DNA from: an uncultured Candidatus Saccharibacteria bacterium
Lineage (GTDB): Bacteria > Patescibacteriota > Saccharimonadia > Saccharimonadales > UBA4665
NCBI GenBank assembly: GCA_964494765.1
Contig: CAZBRP010000008.1
Location: forward strand, 4,069 to 68,068
Reading direction: 5' to 3'
Length of the DNA: 64,000 bases
The notes beneath the pieces were generated by a model that did no database searches, was not told the origin of the DNA, and saw only the letters and a list, made by a program, of their open reading frames with translations. The position numbers and the translations under genes were made by a program. Numbering within the stretch: the first letter of the stretch is position 1; every line of letters starts with the position of its first letter. Positions 1 through 9,761 of the stretch are shown piece after piece.

Positions 1-1
1 T

Positions 2-115
2 GGTGCGGAGTTACATAATCTACTTAAACTTTTTGAATGGCTCGTTGAAGAGGGGCGACATACGGTTCCAGACTTGTCTGTTATGAATACGTCTTTAAGC
101 AATATTATTTACTGA
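2..115 (+). CDS. Partial ORF, 3' end only (GAELHNLLKLFEWLVEEGRHTVPDLSVMNTSLSNIIY*); possibly the displaced original C-terminus of the serine recombinase
   Basis: Open frame from the window edge to TGA at 113-115. Its frame is continuous with the recombinase frame if 11393-11400 is joined to 1-8. Confidence 0.2.
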   Translation, partial: GAELHNLLKLFEWLVEEGRHTVPDLSVMNTSLSNIIY

Positions 116-261
116 TAAAATCAAAACTAAATTCTAATCTTACTTGTTTTGATGCTTCTCTATTTCTGCCAACAGTTCAAAATAAGCAACCAACGATTCG
201 ATATCTTGTTGAGTAAGTTGGTCTGAGGTATTTTCAGAATTCCGGTTCATGAAAAAGTATC

Positions 262-1197
262 TTACTTATCGAATCTTAATTTGATTACCTGCCTAAATAT
301 ACTCATAGCGTAGTCAATGTCGTCTTCAGACTTCACATATAACAAACTTACCGGTGTGTTTTTTGATTCGAAACTGTTCTTTTTATATGACACTAGTGAT
401 AAAGGATCGTTAACTGATTCGGGTCTAATTCCTGGTATATCCAATCGTAAAGAACCTACTTGTGGGTGAACATACACCAATGTATCCCAACCGTTTTCTC
501 GCAGCGAAAAGCCTATGTACCCTCCTCTAGGGTTTTCATTTATGTTAGGGTATACGGTTGATAACTTATCTTTGAAGGTTTCGTAGAGTGAATATGTGTC
601 ATTTTTTGCCCCTGTAAAATGGTCAGACACATTATAAACTTTCACTTCATTGCTAACTTTTTGAACAGTAAAATCTTTTGTAACTGTTTTTATGGATTCT
701 GTAGTTTCTTTAGCCCGCAGTTGATTGAATAGGACGCTATCATTTTCGTACTGTTTTACCTGCCATAATTCGATAGGCATATCCCTGAAATTGATAGCCT
801 GTTGCTGGTGGATAGTAAAAGATTGCGCAACAAAAATAACTCTTGATTGAGTCCAATCTACTTGCGCCTTTGTAAGGGTCTTGCCAGTCTGTTCGTTATA
901 GAGCAGAATAAATTCTGCTTTGTTATTAAGTAATAGGGCTAAGTAAGCGTAGCCCTGGTCAACGACACTAAAACTTCTATCTCGCTTATATTCAATTATT
1001 ACAAAAGCATTGCTGTTATCATCGTAGGCGACCGTATCAAGTCTTAACCCATTATGTTCAAATTCTGTAGCAACGAACCTTAAACCAAATACGACTTCAA
1101 GATTTTCCTCGCATAATTGCTGTATGTGCTTTTCTAGACTTATTTTGGTCTCAGAAATTTCTTTAAGTTTGCCGTCAGTATTCTTAAATAATGCCAT
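262..1197 (-). CDS. PD-(D/E)xK nuclease-like N-terminal domain (NucS/DUF91-like) with an uncharacterised C-terminal domain (DUF5655-like)
   Basis: 311-aa ORF. Nuclease-like core LDTVAYDD...AFVIIEYKRD (D...ExK). It lies last in the same-strand string after the type I R-M genes. Confidence 0.5.
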   Translation of the reverse strand: MALFKNTDGKLKEISETKISLEKHIQQLCEENLEVVFGLRFVATEFEHNGLRLDTVAYDDNSNAFVIIEYKRDRSFSVVDQGYAYLALLLNNKAEFILLYNEQTGKTLTKAQVDWTQSRVIFVAQSFTIHQQQAINFRDMPIELWQVKQYENDSVLFNQLRAKETTESIKTVTKDFTVQKVSNEVKVYNVSDHFTGAKNDTYSLYETFKDKLSTVYPNINENPRGGYIGFSLRENGWDTLVYVHPQVGSLRLDIPGIRPESVNDPLSLVSYKKNSFESKNTPVSLLYVKSEDDIDYAMSIFRQVIKLRFDK

Positions 1198-1256
1198 ATC
1201 TCAACTGTACTCCCCTTAATAACATGTCATAAATTATTGCCTTTATTAACATAATG

Positions 1257-1964
1257 CTACTCATCCACTAAATTAATGGTTTCATCAATATTCATCGAAT
1301 CTAGCATCAAATACAGAGATGTAACTGACATTTTTAGTTTGAATATACTAATCGCAATTATAGTCTTCGCGGCATCAGTCAAATCTTTTCTAATTGGATT
1401 TATTGCTAACACAAATTCGAGTTCTTTATAATCAGCACGAACCTCTAATAATTTTATTCTTACTTCTAACGGTAGCGCAAAAGAGTAGAGTTGCATTATT
1501 TGATCTATCTCATAAATATTGTTCCGAGACTCTGACATTAATCTAGTAGGTAAGTTTTTAAAGTCAAGATCCGTCCTTGTATGTTTAATATCTTTTAACA
1601 TTTTTACTAAATCTAGTGTTTTATTTTCATGGTCCTCAAAGGAGCGCATTTTATAGAATTCATTCGGATCCATTGGATGCCCATAGATTTTACCCATATC
1701 AAGAATAGTGCCATATATTGTTGTGTGTATATTTGACTTAGCCAAGCGGTAAGCCGGTTTTGTTTTGTCGGTTGTGTTCTTGTGTCTTACATACCCTACG
1801 AAAACTAATGCTACCGACGCGGTTATTAAACTCGCACTTAGATTTATCAGGAGGTCACCTACGAACTGATACTTACCAAAACAATACGCGAGTATCAATA
1901 ATAGTACTGAACTTAATGCGCTGAGTATTATCAACTGCTTATTTATACGGTCAAAGTAATTCAT
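1257..1964 (-). CDS. Hypothetical membrane protein with two N-terminal TM helices and a helical C-terminal domain
   Basis: 235-aa ORF. Hydrophobic segments LIILSALSSVLLLILAYCFG and LLINLSASLITASVALVFVGYV. No recognisable catalytic motif. Confidence 0.55.
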   Translation of the reverse strand: MNYFDRINKQLIILSALSSVLLLILAYCFGKYQFVGDLLINLSASLITASVALVFVGYVRHKNTTDKTKPAYRLAKSNIHTTIYGTILDMGKIYGHPMDPNEFYKMRSFEDHENKTLDLVKMLKDIKHTRTDLDFKNLPTRLMSESRNNIYEIDQIMQLYSFALPLEVRIKLLEVRADYKELEFVLAINPIRKDLTDAAKTIIAISIFKLKMSVTSLYLMLDSMNIDETINLVDE

Positions 1965-2002
1965 AATTTTTCGTAATCATAGGATAGTAAATGAGAGTTT
2001 TA

Positions 2003-4168
2003 TCATTTCAACATATCTCTCAATGCTACCGGTAGTTGATCCAATTTTTGCAACGTCGACTTATGTCCTGTTTCAAAACTCAGATAGGTTATTCCATTCT
2101 TATCAAACTTATCAAAGAATAATAATTCAAGGCGCATACATGTCTGACATTCCTCAAGCACGATAAATGGATCAAGGTTAAGATAACCACCATCTTCCCG
2201 CATTATTAATACCGCATCGGTTTTTATAGGCTTTACGGTCTGTCTGGTTTGAATACTGAAATGACTGTTATCTCCCATCAAATCGTAATATTCAACTTCA
2301 AATGAATCGTCATCAAAAGTTAATTTGGTGGATTTTGCGAGTTTGTATTTATATACAAAACCCAATAAATTAATCGTATCTGAAATAATGGGTCTTAAGT
2401 TATCAAAGTGACGCCGATATTCTAGGTCGGGCATAGCAGCGCCATGACCTAATAAATCGTTCCTGTCCCTGATAACATCGTGAAATGTCTCTGCGTATTT
2501 ACCCAAACGGACATCTTTTAGTTCAGATAAAAAGGGTTGAGCATCAGGTTGATTTTTTAGTTTTGTCAGCGCGAAAAATATGTTTACCCAATCGCCCAAT
2601 GCTGGTCGTTGAAGCCTATCTATACCCATCCCAGGGTCCTCGCCCATATTTAGTCGAGTAAGGTAGTCAGAAACATTGATAAGTGCAGTGTACTTTATTA
2701 GGCTTTCAAAGAGTTCGACTAAGATGCTGTATTTATCCTTGTAGGTCTGCGCGTTATCAAGTTTGCGTTGAACAATAGCGATTGGGAAAGGAAGTAATTG
2801 AGAGTACGACTCCTCTGCCTTTAAATATAAGCCTTTTAGATTTGCATTCAATGATTCGTAAATGAATGGATTAGATTCGAAGGATTTCTTAGTATTATCT
2901 ATTACACTAATTAGTTTTTCACTTAAGGCTTCCATCTCTTTGTATGCAGATGCTATGTTCCACTGTATCTCGAGTTCAGGGACAATAATCTCCAGTAAGC
3001 CTAAATCTTTAACGGAAATATAAGGAATGGTTGAGCCTTTTACAATTTTAGATAGCGCATTGGCTCCTATTTCCGAATCAAGGAAAGCAATAAAGTAATC
3101 GGGGTCAATACTTTCATTGAACGTAATGAAAATCGAGTTTTTCTCATTGACCGTATGGTCATCAGCCTTTTTTATGTTACTCCCGGTTTTATTGATAGCA
3201 ATTTGAGAAGAATTCTGTTTTTTACTAACACTAAATGAGGCGACCTCTTCTAGATTCATAACCTGATGCGAATAAGGAAGGTTTTTGAGTTGTTCCGTAT
3301 TATCAATGGGTTCGTGGTACTTATAATCCCATCTGTCAGTTGCATCAACTTCTGCTAGAAATCCTATTTTAGGCTTCCTACCTTCTCGTAACTCATTTAT
3401 TGCCTGTATAACATGATTTAATTCACTTAAGTCTTCAACTTCAATGAATAGCGTATTCACGATTCTTGTATTTTTTCTCAATACAATTAAAGACGTTTTG
3501 ACTCCTGTATATGGAGAAAAGGTAGCAGACGGCAAAGATACAATAGCCTCTAAGCCAAAGTTTTTTAGATAAAACTGTCTTAACTTTTTCTGCCTATCGC
3601 CGTATAGGAACACTTCTGGAAGGATCAATATTGCTTGGTCATTTGTGCCCTCATTTATTGCTTCGGCGAGTTTAGTATCAAAATCACCTTTTATGCCAAA
3701 TGGGGGTATTGTTACTACATTTTCAAATTGTGTACTTCCACGCCAAGAAGTAGGATCATCTGCGACTAGGGTGGAAACTTTCGCATTACCGATACTTATT
3801 AAACGGCAAAAGTTCAGCAATTCTTGATTAGGCTCGACTCCTGTATATTCGACTCCTTGCGTTAGTTCACCGTATCGCGAAAACAAGTTCAGCGTTTTAC
3901 CGGGAACTAATAAGGAAACCACTAATCGATTTATATCTTTTGGTGTATATGGACTTCCAGAGGCAACACGGTTGCCCATGCCTGTTCTGCTTATGAGCCG
4001 TGCAGCAATTTCCTTAAATTCCTCACTCTGATATTCCTCTTTAGTGAATAGTTCGAAACGACCTGATGTGTAATCCTCCAGAAGTGGTGTCGCTTCAAAA
4101 CCATAAGGCAGATTACTGCGATGAGTTTCAAATTTCTTCCAAAGTGATTGAGTTGAGATGTTAGTCAT
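2003..4168 (-). CDS. Degenerate N6-adenine methylase-like domain, one HsdS-like target-recognition domain, and a helical C-terminal domain with an Rx5H (HEPN-like) motif
   Basis: 721 aa. SPYTPKDINRLVVSLL resembles the HsdM pre-motif I. The motif-I position reads LNLFSRYGEL instead of DPxxGSGGFL. Motif IV reads TIPPFG instead of NPPF. KGSTIPYISVKDLGLLEIIVPELEIQ resembles an HsdS TRD/conserved-region junction. The C-terminus contains IRDRNDLLGHG. Its start overlaps the hsdR stop by 8 nt. Confidence 0.6.
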   Translation of the reverse strand: MTNISTQSLWKKFETHRSNLPYGFEATPLLEDYTSGRFELFTKEEYQSEEFKEIAARLISRTGMGNRVASGSPYTPKDINRLVVSLLVPGKTLNLFSRYGELTQGVEYTGVEPNQELLNFCRLISIGNAKVSTLVADDPTSWRGSTQFENVVTIPPFGIKGDFDTKLAEAINEGTNDQAILILPEVFLYGDRQKKLRQFYLKNFGLEAIVSLPSATFSPYTGVKTSLIVLRKNTRIVNTLFIEVEDLSELNHVIQAINELREGRKPKIGFLAEVDATDRWDYKYHEPIDNTEQLKNLPYSHQVMNLEEVASFSVSKKQNSSQIAINKTGSNIKKADDHTVNEKNSIFITFNESIDPDYFIAFLDSEIGANALSKIVKGSTIPYISVKDLGLLEIIVPELEIQWNIASAYKEMEALSEKLISVIDNTKKSFESNPFIYESLNANLKGLYLKAEESYSQLLPFPIAIVQRKLDNAQTYKDKYSILVELFESLIKYTALINVSDYLTRLNMGEDPGMGIDRLQRPALGDWVNIFFALTKLKNQPDAQPFLSELKDVRLGKYAETFHDVIRDRNDLLGHGAAMPDLEYRRHFDNLRPIISDTINLLGFVYKYKLAKSTKLTFDDDSFEVEYYDLMGDNSHFSIQTRQTVKPIKTDAVLIMREDGGYLNLDPFIVLEECQTCMRLELLFFDKFDKNGITYLSFETGHKSTLQKLDQLPVALRDMLK

Positions 4169-6533
4169 TTATAGATACCGCCATATACAACTCACGTTGC
4201 AATTCCAGATAATCACTAACAATTTCTTCTGGTGACCCAAGATGCTTTATCGCATCAGGCATAGTGCGGTACTTAAGTTGCACTAATCCTCTTAAGTTCT
4301 CCATAGATAATTCATTCTCACCTGATTTTTCGTAGGTATCAAGTACAAAGGTCACGAAGTCCCGTTCATCTTCTTCTAGTTGGTCCAAATAGTAATCACG
4401 TATAATTCCAGCCCTTTCGTGTCGCGACATCGTCTCACGAGCGTAGGAAATGTATCGTAGAACGTCATATACATCACTATCCTCGGCGTCTACAAGTTCT
4501 TTCAACTTCTGTAGTTTTTCTTCATCGAAACCACGTTCCGCTAAGCCTTGCAGTAAGGCTTTGCGAGTGCGAGGATCAGACCATTGTTTCTGCAGGTCCT
4601 CTTCTGAAATATAAAATTCTGGCAACTTCCCATAGATTAGTTCCAAGAATTCGGCAGGACCTACGGGCTTTCCGTCCATATAGAATTGAGTCTCTACACT
4701 GTATTTAATTAATCTGCTTTTACCGTCTGCCAACCGAACAACGGTTTTCTGTTTTCTTTCCGTAGCATCAGGCTGTTCCTCACCGGTCCAGTCATTTTCT
4801 GGCTTATCTGTGTCTCCGCCTTCTTCATCGCCGCGTACAGCAGGACCCGCAGTAGTGGGCTCGGTAGGCACTCCAACATCAGTAGTGTCGATTTCGGTAG
4901 GATCGCCATCCCATTCAGGGTCTTCAAACTTCGTCTCATTACCGTAAAAATCTACAATCGTAAAATAATCTTTGCCATCATATATTCGCGTACCGCGTCC
5001 AATAATTTGCTTGAACTCGACCATACTGCCTACGTTGCGCATGAGAACGATAAACCTGACATTCCTAGCATCTACGCCAGTAGATAATTTTCGGCTAGTC
5101 GTTACAATGGTCGGGATTTGGCGTTCGTTATCTCGGAATTCCCTTAATCGCTGGTCACCTAACTCTTTTTCGCTAGCAGTAATCCTAACGCAATAGTTTG
5201 CGTTATCGCCAAGCGTGCCCTCTGGTTTGTACTTGTTTACCGCATCTCGCACCATCGCAGCATGCTTCTCGTCATTGCAGAATACAATTGTCTTTTGATT
5301 AGGATTAATCTGCTCGAGCATGATTTGAACCATTTTCTCTTCACGCTCTGGTAGATAAATCTTATTGTTAAAGTCACTCAAGGTATATTCACGTTCTTTA
5401 TCTACTTCGCCGCTCTCCACTAAATCGTAGGGGTGGAATATGTAGCGGTCCATAGTAGTTGTAACTCGTTTAACTTTAAACGGAGTTAGGAACCCATCCT
5501 CAATGCCTTCCTTTAAGGAGTAGGTGTATCGTGGGTTACCAAAGTAGGCATACGTATCAACGTTGTCATCTCTTTTGGGCGTTGCGGTAAGCCCAAGATG
5601 AGTTGCACCCGTGAAATGATCCAGGACAGCACGCCAGTTGCTTTCATTGCCTGCGCCACCACGGTGACATTCATCAATTATCACCAAGTCAAAAAAATCC
5701 GCGGGGTAATCTTTAAAATATGGGTTTTCTAGTGGTCCGCCAGTCATCGCTTGATAAATACTGAAAAATACATTGCCATTCGTTGGAATTTTTCCTGCCT
5801 TACGGACAGCCTCACCATTAATACGAACAATCTCGTCTTCGAGAGGATTAAAGTCGCCCATGGCTTGCTCTACAAGGACATTACGGTCGGCAAGAAAGAG
5901 CACACGAGGACGACGACCATCACCCTTCTTATCCCAACGTGCCTGGTATAGTTTCCAAACAATCTGAAAAGCGATTGTCGTTTTACCCGTACCCGTTGCT
6001 AGCGTCAGTAATACGCGGTTATCACCGGCTACAATCGACTCTATGGCTCGATTAACCGCATTCTCTTGATAATAGCGAGGGTTGAATTTGCTTCGCTGAA
6101 AAGGTTCAGTAAGAACTGTTTTTTGAGCCTCACTGTAACCCTCAAAAGTTTTGCCGAATAATTCATCTGGTGTGTGATAAGAATCTACATTCTCACCACG
6201 CCCTTTTTTCATATCGAAGAAATAAATACCATGACCGTTAGTACTGTATACAAACCGAATATTCAGGGACTCTGCGTATGCTTTGACTTGCTCAAGTCCA
6301 TCAGTTATCTCTTTATCTTCAGATTTTGCCTCTACGATAGCCATTTTTAAGTTTTTGTAAGCCAGTACGTAATCAGCCTTTTTTTGACGACCACGTTGTC
6401 CGGCACCAATTAAACGTCCATCAGTGAAAATATATTCAGCAATGACTTGCGAGCCAACTGTTTCATTCATGCCCCACCTGGCATCACGAATTTGAGGATC
6501 AATTAATTCACGTCGTGTAGTGGCTTCATTCAT
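4161..6533 (-). CDS. hsdR: Type I restriction enzyme R subunit
   Basis: 790 aa. N-terminal EATTRRELIDPQIRDARWG, Walker A LATGTGKT and a DEAH-type box IIDECHRG. The C-terminal region (DVYDVLRYISY) resembles the EcoEI R C-terminal domain. Confidence 0.9.
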   Translation of the reverse strand: MNEATTRRELIDPQIRDARWGMNETVGSQVIAEYIFTDGRLIGAGQRGRQKKADYVLAYKNLKMAIVEAKSEDKEITDGLEQVKAYAESLNIRFVYSTNGHGIYFFDMKKGRGENVDSYHTPDELFGKTFEGYSEAQKTVLTEPFQRSKFNPRYYQENAVNRAIESIVAGDNRVLLTLATGTGKTTIAFQIVWKLYQARWDKKGDGRRPRVLFLADRNVLVEQAMGDFNPLEDEIVRINGEAVRKAGKIPTNGNVFFSIYQAMTGGPLENPYFKDYPADFFDLVIIDECHRGGAGNESNWRAVLDHFTGATHLGLTATPKRDDNVDTYAYFGNPRYTYSLKEGIEDGFLTPFKVKRVTTTMDRYIFHPYDLVESGEVDKEREYTLSDFNNKIYLPEREEKMVQIMLEQINPNQKTIVFCNDEKHAAMVRDAVNKYKPEGTLGDNANYCVRITASEKELGDQRLREFRDNERQIPTIVTTSRKLSTGVDARNVRFIVLMRNVGSMVEFKQIIGRGTRIYDGKDYFTIVDFYGNETKFEDPEWDGDPTEIDTTDVGVPTEPTTAGPAVRGDEEGGDTDKPENDWTGEEQPDATERKQKTVVRLADGKSRLIKYSVETQFYMDGKPVGPAEFLELIYGKLPEFYISEEDLQKQWSDPRTRKALLQGLAERGFDEEKLQKLKELVDAEDSDVYDVLRYISYARETMSRHERAGIIRDYYLDQLEEDERDFVTFVLDTYEKSGENELSMENLRGLVQLKYRTMPDAIKHLGSPEEIVSDYLELQRELYMAVSIND

Positions 6534-6538
6534 AATGA

Positions 6539-7714
6539 TTATTTTACATCACTGCTAGAGAATGTACGTAATAGCATAGATTTTTTTAGAGCTCTTAAAT
6601 TTTTCATTTTTTCATCATATAAATGCACTAGTTCGGTCGTATTAGTGTGTGCTATTTCAATTTTTGATGAAATACTTTCCTGCACATCCAGTGGCGGTAT
6701 TAGAATATTTTGGTCTTTGAATATTTTATGGGTAATGTCAGGTTGTGCAGCACGAGAGGCAAGTTTAGTAATATTTTTTCTGAATTCTTTATCCTGTAAC
6801 CACCAATACAGATAGTTTTTAGAAAGTGTTGAGTCGGGAGATATTTTGAAACTATTATTATGCAGAATTCCGTAACGGTTCCTGAAGACTAATCCAATCT
6901 GTCCGGTGCGCGTATATATCAAATCATCGGGCATAACCAACGCTTTTTTTGGAAAGTTTTCTTCATCGACGAACTGTTCAGCACTACCCGATCTAAGGTC
7001 TTTTATTCTGAGAAGTGGAAGACTACTTTGCTGAACGAGTAGGTGTTTGGTCTTGGCATTTATAGCAAGTCCTTGCGCTAACTCGCAGACTTCTCCAATT
7101 TTTTTCTGGATCCAAAGCGACGAGTCAGCGCGCAATAGTGCTGAAGTTACGTTGTCAAACAATAATAAGGTATCCTCTCGACTAGTATCTGTCATATCAA
7201 CAGATAAGTTTATTTTTTCAAAAGCAGCGTCCAATTTCCTTACAATTTCTTTTTGCTCGTCGAGTGATTCATCGTAATGTATTACATACTCACCGATAGA
7301 CGCCCTTGGAAGTTCTGTTTGTCCACTCGTACCGGTAGCCATGCCGATAAAATCGTCTTCACACATACTAAATAAATAAGCCAGATAGCGCGGAATAAAC
7401 AAACCCGGCTTAGTGCGGATAATGGTGATGTGTGAATCGACCGACATTTTACTGACAACATCATTAACTAATGCTGTTCGACCTAATGTTCCTTGTCCGG
7501 TGGAGTTAATCAAGATATCTCCCGGCTTAAGGAGTTTTGTTTGCGAGACAGGTTTCAATGCAGAATCATGACGCCGGCTAAATTCGTATGATATTTTATG
7601 GTTACGTATACACCTTTGATTCAAAACGACCAAGCCGCTGGTTTCGTCCGTATACTTCGGCGATATTCCTCGCGTTATAATTTCACAGATATCTTTAAGT
7701 TGAGCAGATTTCAT
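6539..7714 (-). CDS. hsdS: Type I R-M specificity subunit
   Basis: 391 aa, located between hsdM and hsdR. Two variable halves are each followed by a helical conserved region (QKEIVRKLDAAFEKI; QESISSKIEIAHTNTTELVHLYDEKMKNLRALKKSML). Confidence 0.85.
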   Translation of the reverse strand: MKSAQLKDICEIITRGISPKYTDETSGLVVLNQRCIRNHKISYEFSRRHDSALKPVSQTKLLKPGDILINSTGQGTLGRTALVNDVVSKMSVDSHITIIRTKPGLFIPRYLAYLFSMCEDDFIGMATGTSGQTELPRASIGEYVIHYDESLDEQKEIVRKLDAAFEKINLSVDMTDTSREDTLLLFDNVTSALLRADSSLWIQKKIGEVCELAQGLAINAKTKHLLVQQSSLPLLRIKDLRSGSAEQFVDEENFPKKALVMPDDLIYTRTGQIGLVFRNRYGILHNNSFKISPDSTLSKNYLYWWLQDKEFRKNITKLASRAAQPDITHKIFKDQNILIPPLDVQESISSKIEIAHTNTTELVHLYDEKMKNLRALKKSMLLRTFSSSDVK

Positions 7715-9178
7715 CTAAACTTCTAGACCAGCAAGAATCTCTGCGACTCTTGCATCTATTTTTTTTATATCCTCAAGAATATTTTTTGGGTCTTTCAACT
7801 CCTCCGATTCTTCAACAAAAGGATTTCTCACTCCAAGGTCGGCAGAAGTTTTATCAATATCATTAATAGAAATTGTCCAACTATGGTCACTCTGCTCTCT
7901 GCTCTTGTACTTTTCTACAAAATCATACATGTCAGAAATATTTAGTGGTGCAGTCTTACCGAGCGCTCGGTCCACTTTCAACTGATAGTAAAATATCTCC
8001 TTAGTTGGTGCACCCTTTCGAAAAAATAATACGACTGTCTTGACACCTGTAGATCCTGTAGCGCTGAATACGCCACTGGGTAGGTCTAGAATAGTATGCA
8101 AATCAAAATTATCTAAAAGATGACGACGAATAGCGCCCGATGCGCCCGATGGCTCATTAGTTAGAAATGTGTTTTTTATTATAATTGCCGCTTCTCCACC
8201 AACACGAAGTTTTTTCATAAAATGCTGTAGAAAAAGGCTTGCTGTTTCTCGTGTTTTTACGTCAAAATTACGTTGAATTTCTGGATGTTCATTTCCCCCA
8301 AATGGCGGATTGGCTAAAATATAATCGTAACGATCCTTTTCTTGAATATCATGTGTGTCTTCTGTAAGAGTGTTGGTGTGAACCATATTTGGTGATTCGA
8401 TACCATGAAGAATCATATTCATTGTTCCAAGTAGATATGGTTCAGGATTCTTATTTTTACCAAAAAAGGTACTCTCTTTGAGAAACCTCAGTTCCGTAGG
8501 TGTTCCTGCCTTTTCGCGTAAGAATGCATAACTTTCGGTCAGGAAGCCCGCGGAACCCGCAGCACCATCGTAGATGGTTTTGCCTAGTTCAGGATCAATC
8601 GCTCTAATCATTGCCTGGATAAGTGGGCGTGGCGTGTAATACTCGCCGCTTCGACCAGCACCACCCATAAGTTTGAGACGATCCTCATATAGCGCAGAAA
8701 GTTCATCGAGTTCTTCCTGGGTTTTAAAATCTAACTTGTCAATTATATCGATAACTTCTCGGAGATTACGCCCGCTTTGAATCTTGTTGCCGACTTCACC
8801 AAAAATTTCACCAATTTTATAGAGTAAAGATTTAGGGTCCTGGGCTGTATTCTTAAATTCTTTCAGATATGGAAATAATTTTTGATTTACAAATTCGATT
8901 AAATCCTCGCCCGTAACTCGAGCATTGAGGTCTGGTGATCCATCCGTAAGTTTCTGCGCAGCCCAGTTATCCCATTGGAATTCGTCTTTGAAGAGCGGTT
9001 CATATTGTTTGCTTGAGAAGACCGCTTCCTGTTTTCTGATGTCTTCTAAATCGTCTAGGTATTTAAGGAAGAGTATCCATGACATTTGTGCCATATAGTC
9101 GTTGGCGCCGTTAGTACCAGCATCCTCAAAAAGTATATTATCTATTCTTTTAAATTCATTTTGTAATTTTGTTGACAT
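7715..9178 (-). CDS. hsdM: Type I R-M N6-adenine DNA methyltransferase subunit
   Basis: 487 aa. Motif I IYDGAAGSAGFL and motif IV ILANPPFGG, with an HsdM N-terminal helical domain. Its stop abuts the hsdS start. Confidence 0.9.
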   Translation of the reverse strand: MSTKLQNEFKRIDNILFEDAGTNGANDYMAQMSWILFLKYLDDLEDIRKQEAVFSSKQYEPLFKDEFQWDNWAAQKLTDGSPDLNARVTGEDLIEFVNQKLFPYLKEFKNTAQDPKSLLYKIGEIFGEVGNKIQSGRNLREVIDIIDKLDFKTQEELDELSALYEDRLKLMGGAGRSGEYYTPRPLIQAMIRAIDPELGKTIYDGAAGSAGFLTESYAFLREKAGTPTELRFLKESTFFGKNKNPEPYLLGTMNMILHGIESPNMVHTNTLTEDTHDIQEKDRYDYILANPPFGGNEHPEIQRNFDVKTRETASLFLQHFMKKLRVGGEAAIIIKNTFLTNEPSGASGAIRRHLLDNFDLHTILDLPSGVFSATGSTGVKTVVLFFRKGAPTKEIFYYQLKVDRALGKTAPLNISDMYDFVEKYKSREQSDHSWTISINDIDKTSADLGVRNPFVEESEELKDPKNILEDIKKIDARVAEILAGLEV

Positions 9179-9578
9179 GTTGTGTAATATTATACCTTAA
9201 ACTTGTCAAAACTCTTATTGCGCTTTAAAGGATTATTGACAAAAATGAAAGTAAGAATACAGGGGGGTAAGCGCCCTCTGTATCTGTTAGCACTACTCCG
9301 CCGTATAAATGCCGAATTTATGGGGGTAGAACTGCCAAGCGTTTTTTTGGGTGGTCCTAAATTTGTGGGGCTGAGTGCGAAAATGCACTTTTTTGTTACA
9401 ATAAAAGTACATTAAAAATCTATCGTAATTTATGTGGTTACCATTAGCGGAGACAGGACCGTCAAAAAGACTGGGGTAGCAATACACAAAAATTGTAAGA
9501 AAAACGAGATACGAACTCGGCAAAAAACGGGCTTACACGCGTACTAATCTGAAGCATTGCTTCAAGGAAGTTTTCGTG

Positions 9579-9710
9579 ATGCCCGTAAACGCAGATGAAA
9601 CCAATAACTCAGCAGTAGAGACCCTTTTAGATATGCTACGTAAATACATTGACGTTGAACCTGAAAACACGCCATTCCTCGTCAAAGACGGCGTAAAAAT
9701 CATCTTTTAG
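9579..9710 (+). CDS. Small ORF (43 aa) upstream of the recombinase; possible accessory or directionality factor, or spurious
   Basis: ATG preceded by AAGGAAG about 8 nt upstream. Below the ORF-track size cut-off and no recognisable motif. Confidence 0.2.
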   Translation: MPVNADETNNSAVETLLDMLRKYIDVEPENTPFLVKDGVKIIF

Positions 9711-9748
9711 TCAGTAGCCTAAGGTAGCTCTAACTACTACTCTCCGTA

Positions 9749-9754
9749 TATAAT
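9749..9754 (+). promoter_or_regulatory. -10 box TATAAT 7 nt upstream of the recombinase ATG (leaderless-type start)
   Basis: ccgTATAATcagacgcATG. Confidence 0.4.
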
Positions 9755-9761
9755 CAGACGC

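Noticed and set aside
6539-7714. Phase-variable (shufflon-type) hsdS
   Set aside because: There is only one hsdS gene and no inverted partial hsdS copy. The nearby recombinase is a large integrase-type serine recombinase, not a small invertase. The TRD-like segment in 2003..4168 shows no nucleotide-level repeat with hsdS that I could see.
9203-9523. ORFs 9203..9415 (+) and 9293..9523 (-) in the hsdM-recombinase intergenic region
   Set aside because: They are mutually overlapping, of low-complexity or odd composition, and have no start context. The region more likely holds the divergent promoters.
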